A stretch of 64,000 nt of DNA, from positions 2,784,001-2,848,000 of the forward strand of contig CBDCDZ010000004.1 in the NCBI GenBank assembly GCA_965215565.1, read 5' to 3'. Numbering within the stretch: the stretch's first letter is position 1; each line of letters starts with the position of its first letter. The notes beneath the pieces were generated by a model. It was not told where the DNA came from, ran no database searches, and saw nothing but the letters and a program-made list of their open reading frames with translations. Below, in pieces: positions 20,153 to 32,225 of this stretch. A program made the position numbers and the translations under genes. This DNA comes from Trueperaceae bacterium (GTDB taxonomy: Bacteria; Deinococcota; Deinococci; Deinococcales; Trueperaceae).

Positions 20153-20337
20153 AAAACTCGAGAAAGCGTGTCCTAAACAAATAAAAACACCATGAATTTG
20201 TTTTCTTGCCTCTACGTCGGCGTACCCTTTCGAACGTTTGAGGACGGTTTGGGGGGTTCGTTGGGTCGCTTGCCCCTTCCTAAAGCCGCGCCTCACCTCT
20301 TCCGGTCAGGCTCTGGTCATGGCTGGTCAGGCACACT

Positions 20338-22947
20338 ATGGACGTGCTTAATCTCACTCTTTTAGGAACGCCGCGCCTGACCTACAAAGGCGCAGACGTA
20401 GGGCTACAAAAAAAGAACTTGGCGCTCGTGTGTTATTTGGCGCTGCAAGGAACGTGTACCCGCGCGGACCTCACCGAACTGCTTTGGGGTGCGGGGCGCG
20501 GCGGCAGTTTGCGCACGGCGCTCTACAAGGTGCGGCAGTTGCCGGGCGCAGAAGACTGGCTCACGGACGGGGAACTCGTCAAGCTAGCCGTGCAGAGCGA
20601 TGTGGCAATGTTGCAGCGCGACAAGGACGCCCCCAATCTCTCCGAAGCGACGTTTGCCCACCTGGATAGTTACTTAGAAAATGACGCGCAAGGGCTTTTG
20701 TTCGGTTTCAAAGCGCCGACGCCCGCCTACAGCGAATGGTTAGAAGAGCAGCGCCAAGCGGTTGCGCTCTTGCTCGAGACCCTCCTCAGACGCGCTGCCC
20801 AAGAGGTATTTGAACGCGGCGAACTGGAGCGGGCAAAGCGCTACGCCGAAGCCCTCATCACCCGCGACCCCTTAGACGAGCCTGCGTATAGGCTGCTGAT
20901 GCGGCTCGAGTTGGGGCGCGGCTATCCCGAAAACACACACCGCACTTTTGGGCGTTTAGTCTCAACACTCGAAGAGGTCGGCGGCGAACCCGACCCGGAT
21001 ACACTCGCGCTGCACCGTCAACTGTTGGGCACGGGGAGCGGCGCACAGGGCGCACGCCTGCACGAAGGAGACGACGTGCCAGGGCGTGCCCCGCGGCTTA
21101 TCGGGCGCGACTCTCTGTTACAAAGTCTCGAGGCAAACCTCACCGGACACCGCTCTGAGCGCCCGGTGTTGCTGCACGGTTTAGGCGGCGTCGGTAAAAC
21201 GGCCTTAGCCGCGGAGTTGGCGTTCAGGTTCCTCCCCAAAGATGAAGTGCTCTGGCTCCAAGCCGGTCTCAGCAGCGCCGCCGAACTCCTCGGCGCAACT
21301 CGTGGGCTATTGGGACTCTCAGGCGCGGCGCAACCCAGTGCGCTAACCCAAGCACTCGGGCGCGTTTCCCTCGTCATTGTTGACGACGTTTGGAACGAGG
21401 GCGCGGTGGCAGCGTTGCGTCACCATCTACCCGAGACTTGTCCGCTGGTCGTAACCTCGAGGCAGCGCATGAGCGGCTTTAAGCGACTCGACGTGAGGCG
21501 GCTCGTGAGAGAGGATGCGCGGCAACTTTTGCGGCTCGAGGCGGGCACTGACCTCTGTAACGCGCAGCTAGAGCCCATCTGTGACCTCTTGGGCGACCAT
21601 CCCTTCGCCCTGCGTGTGGCAGGTGCGAAGCTCAAGCACGACGGGCTCACGCCGCTGCAACTCCTCACGCAGCTCGCCAGCGCGCCCCACACGCTCAGAG
21701 TCCAGGGAAGCAGGGGCGACGCGAACAGCGTCAGCGCCCTCTTGCAAACGAGCTTAGATACCCTCAGTGACGATGCCTATGACGCCTTTTTAGCGGTGGG
21801 CGCACTCGCGTCTAGCACGGTGAGTGCGCCGCTCCTAGCCCGCGCCTTACGCCGCGACGAAGAGGTTGCCGAAGCCGCGCTTATCGAACTGCAAACCCGC
21901 GCCTTAGCCACCCGCACTGCTAGCCCCGGCAGTGACCTCGTGCGCTACACGCTCCACGACCTCTCACACAGCTTTGCGCGGCAAAAAACCACCTTACGCC
22001 CGCAGAGCGTTCTTCGTGCCTGTAGCGATTTGGTACACGCGCATCCTAAAGACTTCGACATTTTAGACGCTGAAATCACCAACGTCATCGGGGCGCTCAG
22101 CCCCTTGCAAGACGCGCAAGAGGTGAAAGGGCAACGTTCGGTGCTTTCGGTCATGGCGAAACTCGTCATCGGTGACGCCTACTTTGCAGCGAGAGGTCAC
22201 ACGCCGCGTTCCTTGAAGCTTTTGGAGGTGGCAGCGAAGTGGGCGGAGGCGCTTGAAGAACTCGTGTGGGCGCATCATTTTGTGACGAAGCTCGGGGACG
22301 CTTACCGCGTGCAATATCACCAGTTTGAAAGGGCGCTCACCTCTTATCAAACGGGGGCGAAGTTGGCGCAGCTAACTGGGGATAAGGCGAGAGAGGCCAT
22401 ATTGACGAGTCTCTGCGGTATTGCTCAGCATCATTTGGCGCGTTCACCTAATGAGACATTTGAGCGAGCCTATCAACTTGCTCGAGAGGCAGATAACCTT
22501 ACGGCTATTGGTCAAGTGCTACAGCATCGCGGTTTTGTTGCTGGGTTCTACGATAACTGGAAGCTAGTGGAAAGCTTGAACATAGAAGCGGGCAGAGTTG
22601 CACGCTCGTTCTCAAATACAACGGATGAAGAACGCACCCGTGCTGACGACCTTCTTTACTTTTCACTTCTCAACTTGGGCGAAGCCAAACGTAAGCTTGG
22701 AAATTTTGAAGAAGCTGTAACCATCCGAAAAGAGGCTTTGGACATTGCAGTTACGCACAAGAATCAAATGTGGCAAGCCTACGCATTGCACGAACTTGGT
22801 GAGATGTACCTCGAGGTGCCTGAGTACGAGACAGCCGAGGGGTACTTGCGAAAGGCTCTCAAGCTTTACAAAACTAATCACGCCGCCGCCGAAGTTACAG
22901 AGGTGCAACAGCTTATTGACAAAAATTCACGCCGAGTTGACGCCTAG
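20338..22947 (+). CDS. BTAD-NB-ARC(STAND)-TPR transcriptional regulator
   Basis: LTLLGTPRL wHTH start, DPLDEPAYRLLMRL (BTAD), Walker A GLGGVGKT, Walker B LVIVDDVW, VVTSR, GDHPFAL, LHDL, C-terminal TPR-like repeats. Confidence 0.88.
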   Translation: MDVLNLTLLGTPRLTYKGADVGLQKKNLALVCYLALQGTCTRADLTELLWGAGRGGSLRTALYKVRQLPGAEDWLTDGELVKLAVQSDVAMLQRDKDAPNLSEATFAHLDSYLENDAQGLLFGFKAPTPAYSEWLEEQRQAVALLLETLLRRAAQEVFERGELERAKRYAEALITRDPLDEPAYRLLMRLELGRGYPENTHRTFGRLVSTLEEVGGEPDPDTLALHRQLLGTGSGAQGARLHEGDDVPGRAPRLIGRDSLLQSLEANLTGHRSERPVLLHGLGGVGKTALAAELAFRFLPKDEVLWLQAGLSSAAELLGATRGLLGLSGAAQPSALTQALGRVSLVIVDDVWNEGAVAALRHHLPETCPLVVTSRQRMSGFKRLDVRRLVREDARQLLRLEAGTDLCNAQLEPICDLLGDHPFALRVAGAKLKHDGLTPLQLLTQLASAPHTLRVQGSRGDANSVSALLQTSLDTLSDDAYDAFLAVGALASSTVSAPLLARALRRDEEVAEAALIELQTRALATRTASPGSDLVRYTLHDLSHSFARQKTTLRPQSVLRACSDLVHAHPKDFDILDAEITNVIGALSPLQDAQEVKGQRSVLSVMAKLVIGDAYFAARGHTPRSLKLLEVAAKWAEALEELVWAHHFVTKLGDAYRVQYHQFERALTSYQTGAKLAQLTGDKAREAILTSLCGIAQHHLARSPNETFERAYQLAREADNLTAIGQVLQHRGFVAGFYDNWKLVESLNIEAGRVARSFSNTTDEERTRADDLLYFSLLNLGEAKRKLGNFEEAVTIRKEALDIAVTHKNQMWQAYALHELGEMYLEVPEYETAEGYLRKALKLYKTNHAAAEVTEVQQLIDKNSRRVDA

Positions 22948-22976
22948 CTCGTATTGTTACTTGTGGAGGAAAACAG

Positions 22977-24377
22977 ATGAAATACATTGCAAGCAGCCTT
23001 CTTTTGACCCTCTTTTTAAGTGCATGTTCGATTAGCGATCCTTCCAACCTCGAGCAGCAGGCTTTCGAAACTATCGACCCAAGCAATCTCATCGGTTTAA
23101 GCGGCGAAGAATTCAGACTCATAAACGAAGATACGGGCAACTGTTCGATTGATGAGATCAAAATACCGGGAGAAGGATTGCGCGCTATGGGTGGTAGTGG
23201 CGGTCTCTTCACCCAACCCTTCTCTATCAGCACCGTACCCGATGACATCAACATCATCAGCCAAGAGGTTCTCAACTTAGCGTCACCCCACTTCGACCAG
23301 CCCACCGCGCTTCTTGTTGTAGATGACTTTGATGGGCAAGGGCTTAATCAACCTGGCGTTTACTTTCCCGATATTAGAGGTCAAGGTCCCCACGGGTCAC
23401 TTGTTTACAACCATACTTTGGCACTTCTCGCAAAAATCGACCAAAGCATGGGAAAAAATCCAAAGTTGAAGCTAAGCCCGGCTGTAAAGATGGACAGCTT
23501 TGAGATACACAAGCCTGCGCGTATCGATCTATTTAATGAGCCTCCTTTCAACTTCGAGCCGTTCTCAGGGCATGTTACGCAGTTTCCCAACCTCAACCTT
23601 ACCGTTATTGCTATTGATACCGAAGATTTCGATACGAGCATCATCGCCGGCCGCATCGCCGCGACGATTCAACGTGCGGCGGACCATTGGAATATCTCGC
23701 GCTTCGCTGCCAATATGAGCTTTGGACTGGTGCCGTGCAGCGTACTCGAGGATTTCACGGCAGTGAAGCAAATGTATCCAACGTTTGAATCTTACCGAGA
23801 TGCGCTTCTCGCTAAGAATAAGCTCAGCGTGACTCAGTTTCATAAAGAACTCACAGAAATCCTCACGACACCTGTAGGTAACGACCCGCTGCAACTCCTC
23901 GCGCAGTTCAATCCAGAAGCGATCTCTGGAAATGTTGACGCCGTGGCATACCTCGCCTCAGCGGGCAACTACGGTATGAACTACTCGCTCTTTCCCGCCC
24001 ACTGGCCCGAATTTGCGAGCGTGAGCGCCTCAGACCTGAGCGTGGACCCAAGCAGACCGCTCGAGATTTCGCATAAAGACGCCGCGTATTCAAATTCGGG
24101 TGAAATCCTCTTGCCGGGTGGCTACTACCAGCTTAACCTCTACTACCCTGGTGGCGGCTGGCAGCCCATCCCTGACATTGCTTTCGCAGGCACCTCATTC
24201 GCTGCACCTGTTTTGAGCGTCTTCACCGCGTTGGACTTTACGAGCAGAGCGCCGCAGTGCCCCGTTACACACGAGCACAGCACGTCGCTCGCACACAACT
24301 ATAGGTACGGTTTAGGACAAGATGAGATGTTGGAGAACGTCATCAACGGGTCGTGCGCTCGTCACTATCGTCCCTGA
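22977..24377 (+). CDS. Subtilisin-like (S8) serine peptidase lipoprotein
   Basis: GGAGG SD, lipobox LSAC, VVDD (Asp), PHG (His), ASAGN (oxyanion Asn), AGTSFAAP (Ser). Confidence 0.8.
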   Translation: MKYIASSLLLTLFLSACSISDPSNLEQQAFETIDPSNLIGLSGEEFRLINEDTGNCSIDEIKIPGEGLRAMGGSGGLFTQPFSISTVPDDINIISQEVLNLASPHFDQPTALLVVDDFDGQGLNQPGVYFPDIRGQGPHGSLVYNHTLALLAKIDQSMGKNPKLKLSPAVKMDSFEIHKPARIDLFNEPPFNFEPFSGHVTQFPNLNLTVIAIDTEDFDTSIIAGRIAATIQRAADHWNISRFAANMSFGLVPCSVLEDFTAVKQMYPTFESYRDALLAKNKLSVTQFHKELTEILTTPVGNDPLQLLAQFNPEAISGNVDAVAYLASAGNYGMNYSLFPAHWPEFASVSASDLSVDPSRPLEISHKDAAYSNSGEILLPGGYYQLNLYYPGGGWQPIPDIAFAGTSFAAPVLSVFTALDFTSRAPQCPVTHEHSTSLAHNYRYGLGQDEMLENVINGSCARHYRP

Positions 24378-24487
24378 GAGGTGAAGCGGGTCAGCATAAG
24401 ATTTGTTCCGATAGACTGACCTGCTCATTCACTTTCTCGTACGTTCTTCTACAATTGAAAGCAATATCAATGCGGAAGGAGGAAACC

Positions 24488-24586
24488 ATGAAGCAGAAAC
24501 TTCGTCACATCTTTGTGCTGGCGCTCATCACCTTACCGTTCTGGAGTAGCGTAGCATTTGCTGGATTGCGCGTTAGGGGCGGCTAA
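24488..24586 (+). CDS. 32-aa secreted propeptide MKQKLRHIFVLALITLPFWSSVAFAGLRVRGG
   Basis: AAGGAGG SD 5 nt before ATG, classical signal peptide ending A-F-A, own terminator. Confidence 0.72.
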   Translation: MKQKLRHIFVLALITLPFWSSVAFAGLRVRGG

Positions 24587-24610
24587 TCTCCAAAACTTTC
24601 TATGCCTACG

Positions 24611-24647
24611 AAGAGAGGTGAAGCTTTCACCTCTCTTTTTCTTTTTT
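24611..24647 (+). terminator. Intrinsic terminator after small peptide gene
   Basis: AAGAGAGGTGAA-GCT-TTCACCTCTCTT plus T-tract. Confidence 0.8.
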
Positions 24648-24727
24648 GTGTTGAGCAAACTGTTTTTATACACCAAACAACCTAGCCTCACGGGACAGCT
24701 TCTGCGGGTAAATTGGGGAAGCAGCGG

Positions 24728-26659
<1,932 letters not shown>

Positions 26660-26837
26660 GTTTAGCCCTCCAGTACGGTTTCAGTTTACCGTGAGGTGCG
26701 CAGAGGTAGAGGAAGAGGGCGAGAGAAAAAAGACAAACGTGGTGGGTTGCGGCGTCGCGAGAGGTCATACCGTTTCCGGATTCCAGGATTTTCCCCAAGG
26801 CGAGATGAAAAAGCGTGGATTAGATCGGCGTATGAAG

Positions 26838-26863
26838 AAAAAAGCACCGCCGTAACGGTGCTT
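26838..26863 (-). terminator. Intrinsic terminator for the beta-barrel gene
   Basis: Minus strand AAGCACCG-N6-CGGTGCTTTTTT. Confidence 0.7.
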
Positions 26864-26884
26864 AGCGTGGGTTTAACTTAACCT

Positions 26885-26995
26885 TGGCAGTTCCAAAACA
26901 TATTGAGACGGATAAGCGTAGATATCATCTCAGAACGTGCGTGCTACATGGTGTTCTCAACAGTGAGAGTGTTTCTAACCAGATGATACCTGCTA
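26885..26995 (+). mobile_element. MITE-like dispersed repeat, copy B
   Basis: GGCAGTTCCAAAACATATTGAGAC...CGTGCGTGCT...ACAGTGAGAGTG...AACCAGATGATACCTGCTA. Confidence 0.7.
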
Positions 26996-27001
26996 CCTCA
27001 A

Positions 27002-27478
27002 TCAGAAGTGCAGGTTCACCCCAGCCCGCGCCCGCACGTAGGGGTCAAAGCCACTCACGAGCAGCCCCGGCTGCACCTCGCCGAACACGCCTAAGCGCCC
27101 GATGCGAAGCTCGCCGCCGCCCACCGCGTGAGCGCCGAAAGGACCGTTGCGCACGTCCGCAAGCTCGTCGGGCTGCTCCTGGAAAAAAACGTCCGCGCCC
27201 GCGCCTAAGTAAACTTTGACACCTGTCAGCGGCACGCCGATGTTATAGAGCAGGTCAGCGCTCGCGACTCTGAAGCGTGAAAAGCCCAGGTTCGTCTCCG
27301 CCGCGCCGCGTACGGTGAAACCTGGTAGCAGCCCGATACCCACTTGCGCGCCCACCCCCAAAGTTGTGTCGTCGGTATTCGTGGGCGGCGCTCCGGTGAG
27401 CCCGACGTAAAGTTCTTGCGCCAGGGCGGATGAGCCTAGAAGCGCGGCGCACATCACTGCAAATATGAATTTTTTCAT
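27002..27478 (-). CDS. Small outer-membrane beta-barrel protein
   Basis: GAGGAGG SD, signal peptide, amphipathic beta strands, terminal Phe (AGVNLHF). Confidence 0.75.
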   Translation of the reverse strand: MKKFIFAVMCAALLGSSALAQELYVGLTGAPPTNTDDTTLGVGAQVGIGLLPGFTVRGAAETNLGFSRFRVASADLLYNIGVPLTGVKVYLGAGADVFFQEQPDELADVRNGPFGAHAVGGGELRIGRLGVFGEVQPGLLVSGFDPYVRARAGVNLHF

Positions 27479-27779
27479 TGACAACCTCCTCGAGTTGTAG
27501 AGAACATAGCCTGAGCCTAATCGTACCTCATGAGTGAACGCTGTGCCTGACGCAGTTTTGCTTCATTAAAGAGATGAAGAAAAAGGCTCATGATTATGTG
27601 GAGTGGGTTTGGCTAGCCCACTAGCGACTCCGTGAACGTATCCGCTCGGACCGAATACAAAATAAAGTTTCGTCATTCAACCGGACATGGAACCACCCGG
27701 AAGCGGTATGAGTCTTTTGCCGACTCTAAAAAATTGCTCACTACCGCTAGATGCTGGGCTAGGGCGTAGACTGTGAGGT

Positions 27780-29633
27780 ATGGCTCAGGCAACGCAACCG
27801 TCCACGAAGCGAACCGATCAGCGGGAGAAGACGCCATCCTCCGGGCGCTCCACGGACTTGTCTCAACTCAGGCGGCTTTTTACCTACACGCGCCCTTACC
27901 GAACCCCGCTTGTTACCGGCATCCTCGCCGTCATCGTGGCGAGCGTGCTGGGCTTCGCCTTCCCGCTCATGGCGAGAGAGCTGTTCGACACGGCGTTCTC
28001 GGGCGAAGGAGGGGCGGGTCTCGGGCTCAACACGATCACCCTAGTCTTGGTGGGCATCTTCGTCGTGCAAGCCCTGTTTAACTACCTTCGCGTCTACTTC
28101 TTAGCGCTCGTCGGGGAGGGCGTCGTCGCGGACCTGCGCCGCGCCTTGTACAGTCACCTCATCGGGCTCTCGGTGCGCTTTTTCGAGGAGCGCAAAACGG
28201 GCGAGATCACCTCGCGCCTCACCTCGGACATCGCCACCGTGCAGGGCGTCGTCTCGCAGGCGTTGGCGCAGTTCGTCAATCAGCTCATCACCCTAGTCGG
28301 CGGCGTCGCCATCCTCTTCTACCTGGACGTAAAACTCACGCTCGTAATGCTCTCCGTCGTACCCGCCGTCGTCTTAGCAGGTGCGTACTTCGGGCGCAAG
28401 CTCAGGCGCATCAGCACCGAGTTTCAAGACCGCGTGGCGAGCGCGAACGCCTCGGCGGAAGAAGCCATTACGGGCATCCGCGTGGTCAAGTCGTTCACGG
28501 CCGAGGGCTTGGAGCGCGAGCGCTACGGCAGCCTCATCCGCGATTCTTACGCCGTTGCACTGCGCCGCGCACGTGTCAGGGCGGTCTTCATCCCGAGCAT
28601 CATCTTCGCTACCTTTAGCGCCATCGCCGTGGTGTTTTGGTACGGCGGACGCTTGGTCCTAAACAGCCAACTGCCCGCGGGCGACCTCATCGCCTTCTTG
28701 CTGCTGACGCTCTTCGTCGCGGGCTCGATTGCCACCTTTCCGGCGCTCTACAGCCAGTTTCAGGAGGCTTTGGGCGCGTCGAAGCGAATTTTCGACCTCT
28801 TGGACGAAGCGAGCGACTTGCCGGAGCCGGCTAAGCCCCGGACCCTAGAGACCGTCCAGGGGCACCTCGCCTTCGAAGGGGTCTCCTTTCGCTACGGGGA
28901 CGCCGAGGATACCTCAAAGGGTAGAGGTAGCGCGCTCGTCTTGAAAAACCTCTCGCTCAGCGCGAACCCTGGCGAGATAGTCGCACTTGTAGGGCCGAGC
29001 GGCGCGGGCAAGAGCACGCTCGTCACGCTCATCCCGAGGTTCTACGACCCGAGTCAGGGCCGCGTGACGTTAGACGGTGTGGACCTGCGCGAGCTGGACA
29101 CGCACGCCCTGAGAGCGCACATCGGCATCGTGCCGCAGGAGACGCAGCTCTTTTCGGGCACGGTGGCGCAGAACATCCGCTACGGCAAACCAGAGGCGTC
29201 GGACGAGGAGCTGAGGGGCGCGGCGAAAGCTGCCAATGCCCACGACTTCATCGAAGAATTCCCGGACGGGTACGAGACCATCGTGGGCGAGCGCGGCGTC
29301 AAGCTCTCGGGCGGGCAGCGCCAGCGCGTCGCCATCGCCCGCGCGCTGCTCAAAAACCCCAAAATCCTCATTTTGGACGAAGCCACCTCGAGCCTCGACT
29401 CCGAGTCCGAAGCCCTCGTTCAAGCGGCTTTAGACACGCTCATGCGGGGGCGCACCGTCTTCGTCATCGCGCACCGCTTATCCACCATCAGAAACGCAGA
29501 CCGCATCCTCGTTTTAGAACGAGGTCAGATCGTACAGAGCGGCACGCACGGCGCGCTCATGGCGCAAGGCGGGCTCTACCGCGACCTCTACGAGACGCAG
29601 TTCCGGGACGAGGACGAGGTGGCGACTGCCTGA
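27780..29633 (+). CDS. ABC exporter, fused permease/ATPase (MsbA-like)
   Basis: 6 TM, GPSGAGKS, LSGGQRQR, ILDEATS, IAHRL. Confidence 0.93.
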   Translation: MAQATQPSTKRTDQREKTPSSGRSTDLSQLRRLFTYTRPYRTPLVTGILAVIVASVLGFAFPLMARELFDTAFSGEGGAGLGLNTITLVLVGIFVVQALFNYLRVYFLALVGEGVVADLRRALYSHLIGLSVRFFEERKTGEITSRLTSDIATVQGVVSQALAQFVNQLITLVGGVAILFYLDVKLTLVMLSVVPAVVLAGAYFGRKLRRISTEFQDRVASANASAEEAITGIRVVKSFTAEGLERERYGSLIRDSYAVALRRARVRAVFIPSIIFATFSAIAVVFWYGGRLVLNSQLPAGDLIAFLLLTLFVAGSIATFPALYSQFQEALGASKRIFDLLDEASDLPEPAKPRTLETVQGHLAFEGVSFRYGDAEDTSKGRGSALVLKNLSLSANPGEIVALVGPSGAGKSTLVTLIPRFYDPSQGRVTLDGVDLRELDTHALRAHIGIVPQETQLFSGTVAQNIRYGKPEASDEELRGAAKAANAHDFIEEFPDGYETIVGERGVKLSGGQRQRVAIARALLKNPKILILDEATSSLDSESEALVQAALDTLMRGRTVFVIAHRLSTIRNADRILVLERGQIVQSGTHGALMAQGGLYRDLYETQFRDEDEVATA

Positions 29634-29684
29634 CTTGATAAGTGAGTAGACGCGGCTAAAGCCTACGCTGTTAGAGGTGCAACT

Positions 29685-30944
29685 GTGACAACGAAATCTA
29701 CGGAAACCGGACCAAGAGGTGACGCAGCAGCGTCCGCGCAGGGTTGTCCTCACAACTCGGAACAATCCGCGCGCAAAACAACCCCACCGGCTGAGAAGCG
29801 CCCTTCAACGTCTCGTTTAGAGCGAGACACGGCGGGTGTGTGGCACGTGCGCGGCTTCGCTGAGGCTAAGACGCTACTGCGCTCAGGTCACACCCGTCAG
29901 GCTGGCTTCATGGCGGAGCAAGTCGCCCTGCTGCCCGACACGATGCGGCCGCCCGTCCTGTTTCAAGAGGGCAAGACGCACCATGAGCAGCGCACGAAGA
30001 CGGCTCGCTTCTTCACGCCCAAAGTGACTGACGAAAACTACCGCGCGTTCATGAACGCCTACGCGGACGACCTCATCGCCGAACTATCAGCACGAGGACG
30101 CGCCGACGTGAGCGAGCTGAGCATGAGGTTGGCGGTGCAGGTTGCCGCTCGAGTCGTCGGACTCACCGACAGCCGCGCGCCCGGCATGGCGGGGCGCATC
30201 GACGCCTTTTTCCAGCAGCGGCAGACGCGAAGCAGAGCCGGACGCTTGCTCCAAGAGGTGCTGGGTCAGTGGCGCACCGCCAAGTTTTTCTTCTTAGACG
30301 TGCAGAGCGCGGTTCGCGTGCGGCGGCGCAACCCCCGAGAAGACCTCATCACGCATCTGATTGAAGAGGGCTACAGCGGCTCCGAAATCTTAACCGAGTG
30401 CGTCACCTTCGCCGCCGCTGGCATGGTGACGACGCGCGAATTCATCGGCGCGGCGGCGTGGCACCTCCTGGAGCACCCCGAGCTTAAAACGCGCTACTTG
30501 AACGCGGAACAAGCGGAGCGCTACGCCTTGCTGCACGAACTCTTGCGGCTCGAGCCCGTCGTCGGTCATATCTTGCGCCGCGCTCAACAGGACATCGAGG
30601 TGGAGAGCGGCGCTCAGCACGTTACGATTCCCGCGGGCGACCTCATCGACGTGCACGTCTACGGCGTCAACGCGGACGAAACGGCGGTGGGGGGCGCGCC
30701 CTTCACCCTGTGCCCCGAGCGCGAGAGGGCGGCGGGTGTGCAGCCTTACGCCATGAGCTTCGGCGACGGTCATCACCGCTGTCCGGGCACGTTCATCGCG
30801 GTTCAGGAGACGGACATCTTCTTGACACGCCTTTTAAAGCTGGAGGGGCTGACGCTCGAGCGCGCCCCTGAACTGAGTTGGAACGACGTGGTGCGCGGCT
30901 ATGAGCTGCGGGAGTTCTGGGTGCGGCTTGAGGGTGAAGATTAG
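29685..30944 (+). CDS. Cytochrome P450
   Basis: AAGMVTT I-helix, ELLR (ExxR), FGDGHHRCPG heme motif. Confidence 0.9.
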   Translation: MTTKSTETGPRGDAAASAQGCPHNSEQSARKTTPPAEKRPSTSRLERDTAGVWHVRGFAEAKTLLRSGHTRQAGFMAEQVALLPDTMRPPVLFQEGKTHHEQRTKTARFFTPKVTDENYRAFMNAYADDLIAELSARGRADVSELSMRLAVQVAARVVGLTDSRAPGMAGRIDAFFQQRQTRSRAGRLLQEVLGQWRTAKFFFLDVQSAVRVRRRNPREDLITHLIEEGYSGSEILTECVTFAAAGMVTTREFIGAAAWHLLEHPELKTRYLNAEQAERYALLHELLRLEPVVGHILRRAQQDIEVESGAQHVTIPAGDLIDVHVYGVNADETAVGGAPFTLCPERERAAGVQPYAMSFGDGHHRCPGTFIAVQETDIFLTRLLKLEGLTLERAPELSWNDVVRGYELREFWVRLEGED

Positions 30945-31085
30945 ATTCTGCTGGGGTTTCATGCTCCTTGCTGAGATACGCCGTACTGAGTAAAGAAGTA
31001 GGGGTAGGAACGTATAGAATCCACACCACGTGGACGTTTCTAGCACACTTCTCGAAGTCACAGGTTTACAGGACCGAGAGGTTCG

Positions 31086-32207
31086 TCATTTTACTCGAGC
31101 CGTAAAAAACGTAAGCATCGCCCGCGTTGCGTCCGGTCCTTTCGGGTCCGTGAACGTTCCCGCTGGGCTACCCCCCGCCCAAGCGTGTCCGGCACCGTGA
31201 ACGCGCCAGTCCTCGAGCATCATTCGTCCCTCCGCGTTCAGATAGCGCGTGCGCGTGTAGGGGCGTCCGCCTTTCGCTTGTCCCTTCTCAACCTCTTTCT
31301 TGTAGCGCTTATTGGCGGAGAGTCCCTTAACGATCTCTTCACCGTTGCGCGGACTCACCGTGCTGTCGCGGTCGCCGTGGAAGACAATCGTCGGCACCGA
31401 ATTCCGTGCCGCGATACCTGCGCCGCAGCCCTGCCGCATCGCCATAAGCGCCGAAGGTAAATCCTTGGCTGCGCCGTGCGGCAGACCGGAATGCACACAG
31501 GCGGCGGCGAACAGCTCGGGATACGTCGCGCCTAAAATCGCCGCCATCGCACCGCCCGCCGAAAGCCCCGCCACGTAAACGCGCTTTAGATCAACAGGAT
31601 AGCGGCGCATCACCTCGCGCGTCATCCCTGCGATGATCGAAGGCTCGCCCGCGTCACAACGTTGGTCGGACTCCTGAAACCAGTTCCAGCATCCGTTCGC
31701 GTTCGCGCCCCTCGTCTGCGCCGGATAGAGCACCAAGCACGGCTCCTCGTCGGCACGAAGGTTCATCTGCGTGCCCGCCGCGAAATCGTCGGGGTCTTGG
31801 GTGCAGCCGTGGAGCATGACGACGAGAGGTAGAGGTTGACCCTCTTTTGCACCCTTAGGGATATAAAGTTTATAGGGGCGCGTGCCTGCGCTATTCGAGT
31901 AGGTATCGGTGAGAAATTGACCCTGGCCTAGCGCGGCGGATGAAACGTTCCTAGTCTGCGGCTGAAACCCGCCCAGGTCGGGCATGAAGTCGCCGAAAGA
32001 CCGAGCGCCCTGTGAGACCTTTTGACGCGCCGCTTCGGGTAGCGCGTGCGCCAACTTCTCCACCACGACGCGTACCTTATCTGCGCCACCCGGTTTACCG
32101 TAAGAGCCTTGCAGCGTCCGCTGAAGCTTTTCCGTCGCCGCTTGCACGTCGCCCGTGCGGGTGAGTTTAGCAGCCTCTTTAAGTGCTGCTTTCATCTTTT
32201 CGTTCAT
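31086..32207 (-). CDS. PHB depolymerase family (LpqC-like) esterase
   Basis: MLHGCTQ, CWNWF, GLSAG nucleophile, HGDRD, GHAW. Confidence 0.9.
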   Translation of the reverse strand: MNEKMKAALKEAAKLTRTGDVQAATEKLQRTLQGSYGKPGGADKVRVVVEKLAHALPEAARQKVSQGARSFGDFMPDLGGFQPQTRNVSSAALGQGQFLTDTYSNSAGTRPYKLYIPKGAKEGQPLPLVVMLHGCTQDPDDFAAGTQMNLRADEEPCLVLYPAQTRGANANGCWNWFQESDQRCDAGEPSIIAGMTREVMRRYPVDLKRVYVAGLSAGGAMAAILGATYPELFAAACVHSGLPHGAAKDLPSALMAMRQGCGAGIAARNSVPTIVFHGDRDSTVSPRNGEEIVKGLSANKRYKKEVEKGQAKGGRPYTRTRYLNAEGRMMLEDWRVHGAGHAWAGGSPAGTFTDPKGPDATRAMLTFFTARVK

Positions 32208-32225
32208 GTTACCCCCCTTTGACAT

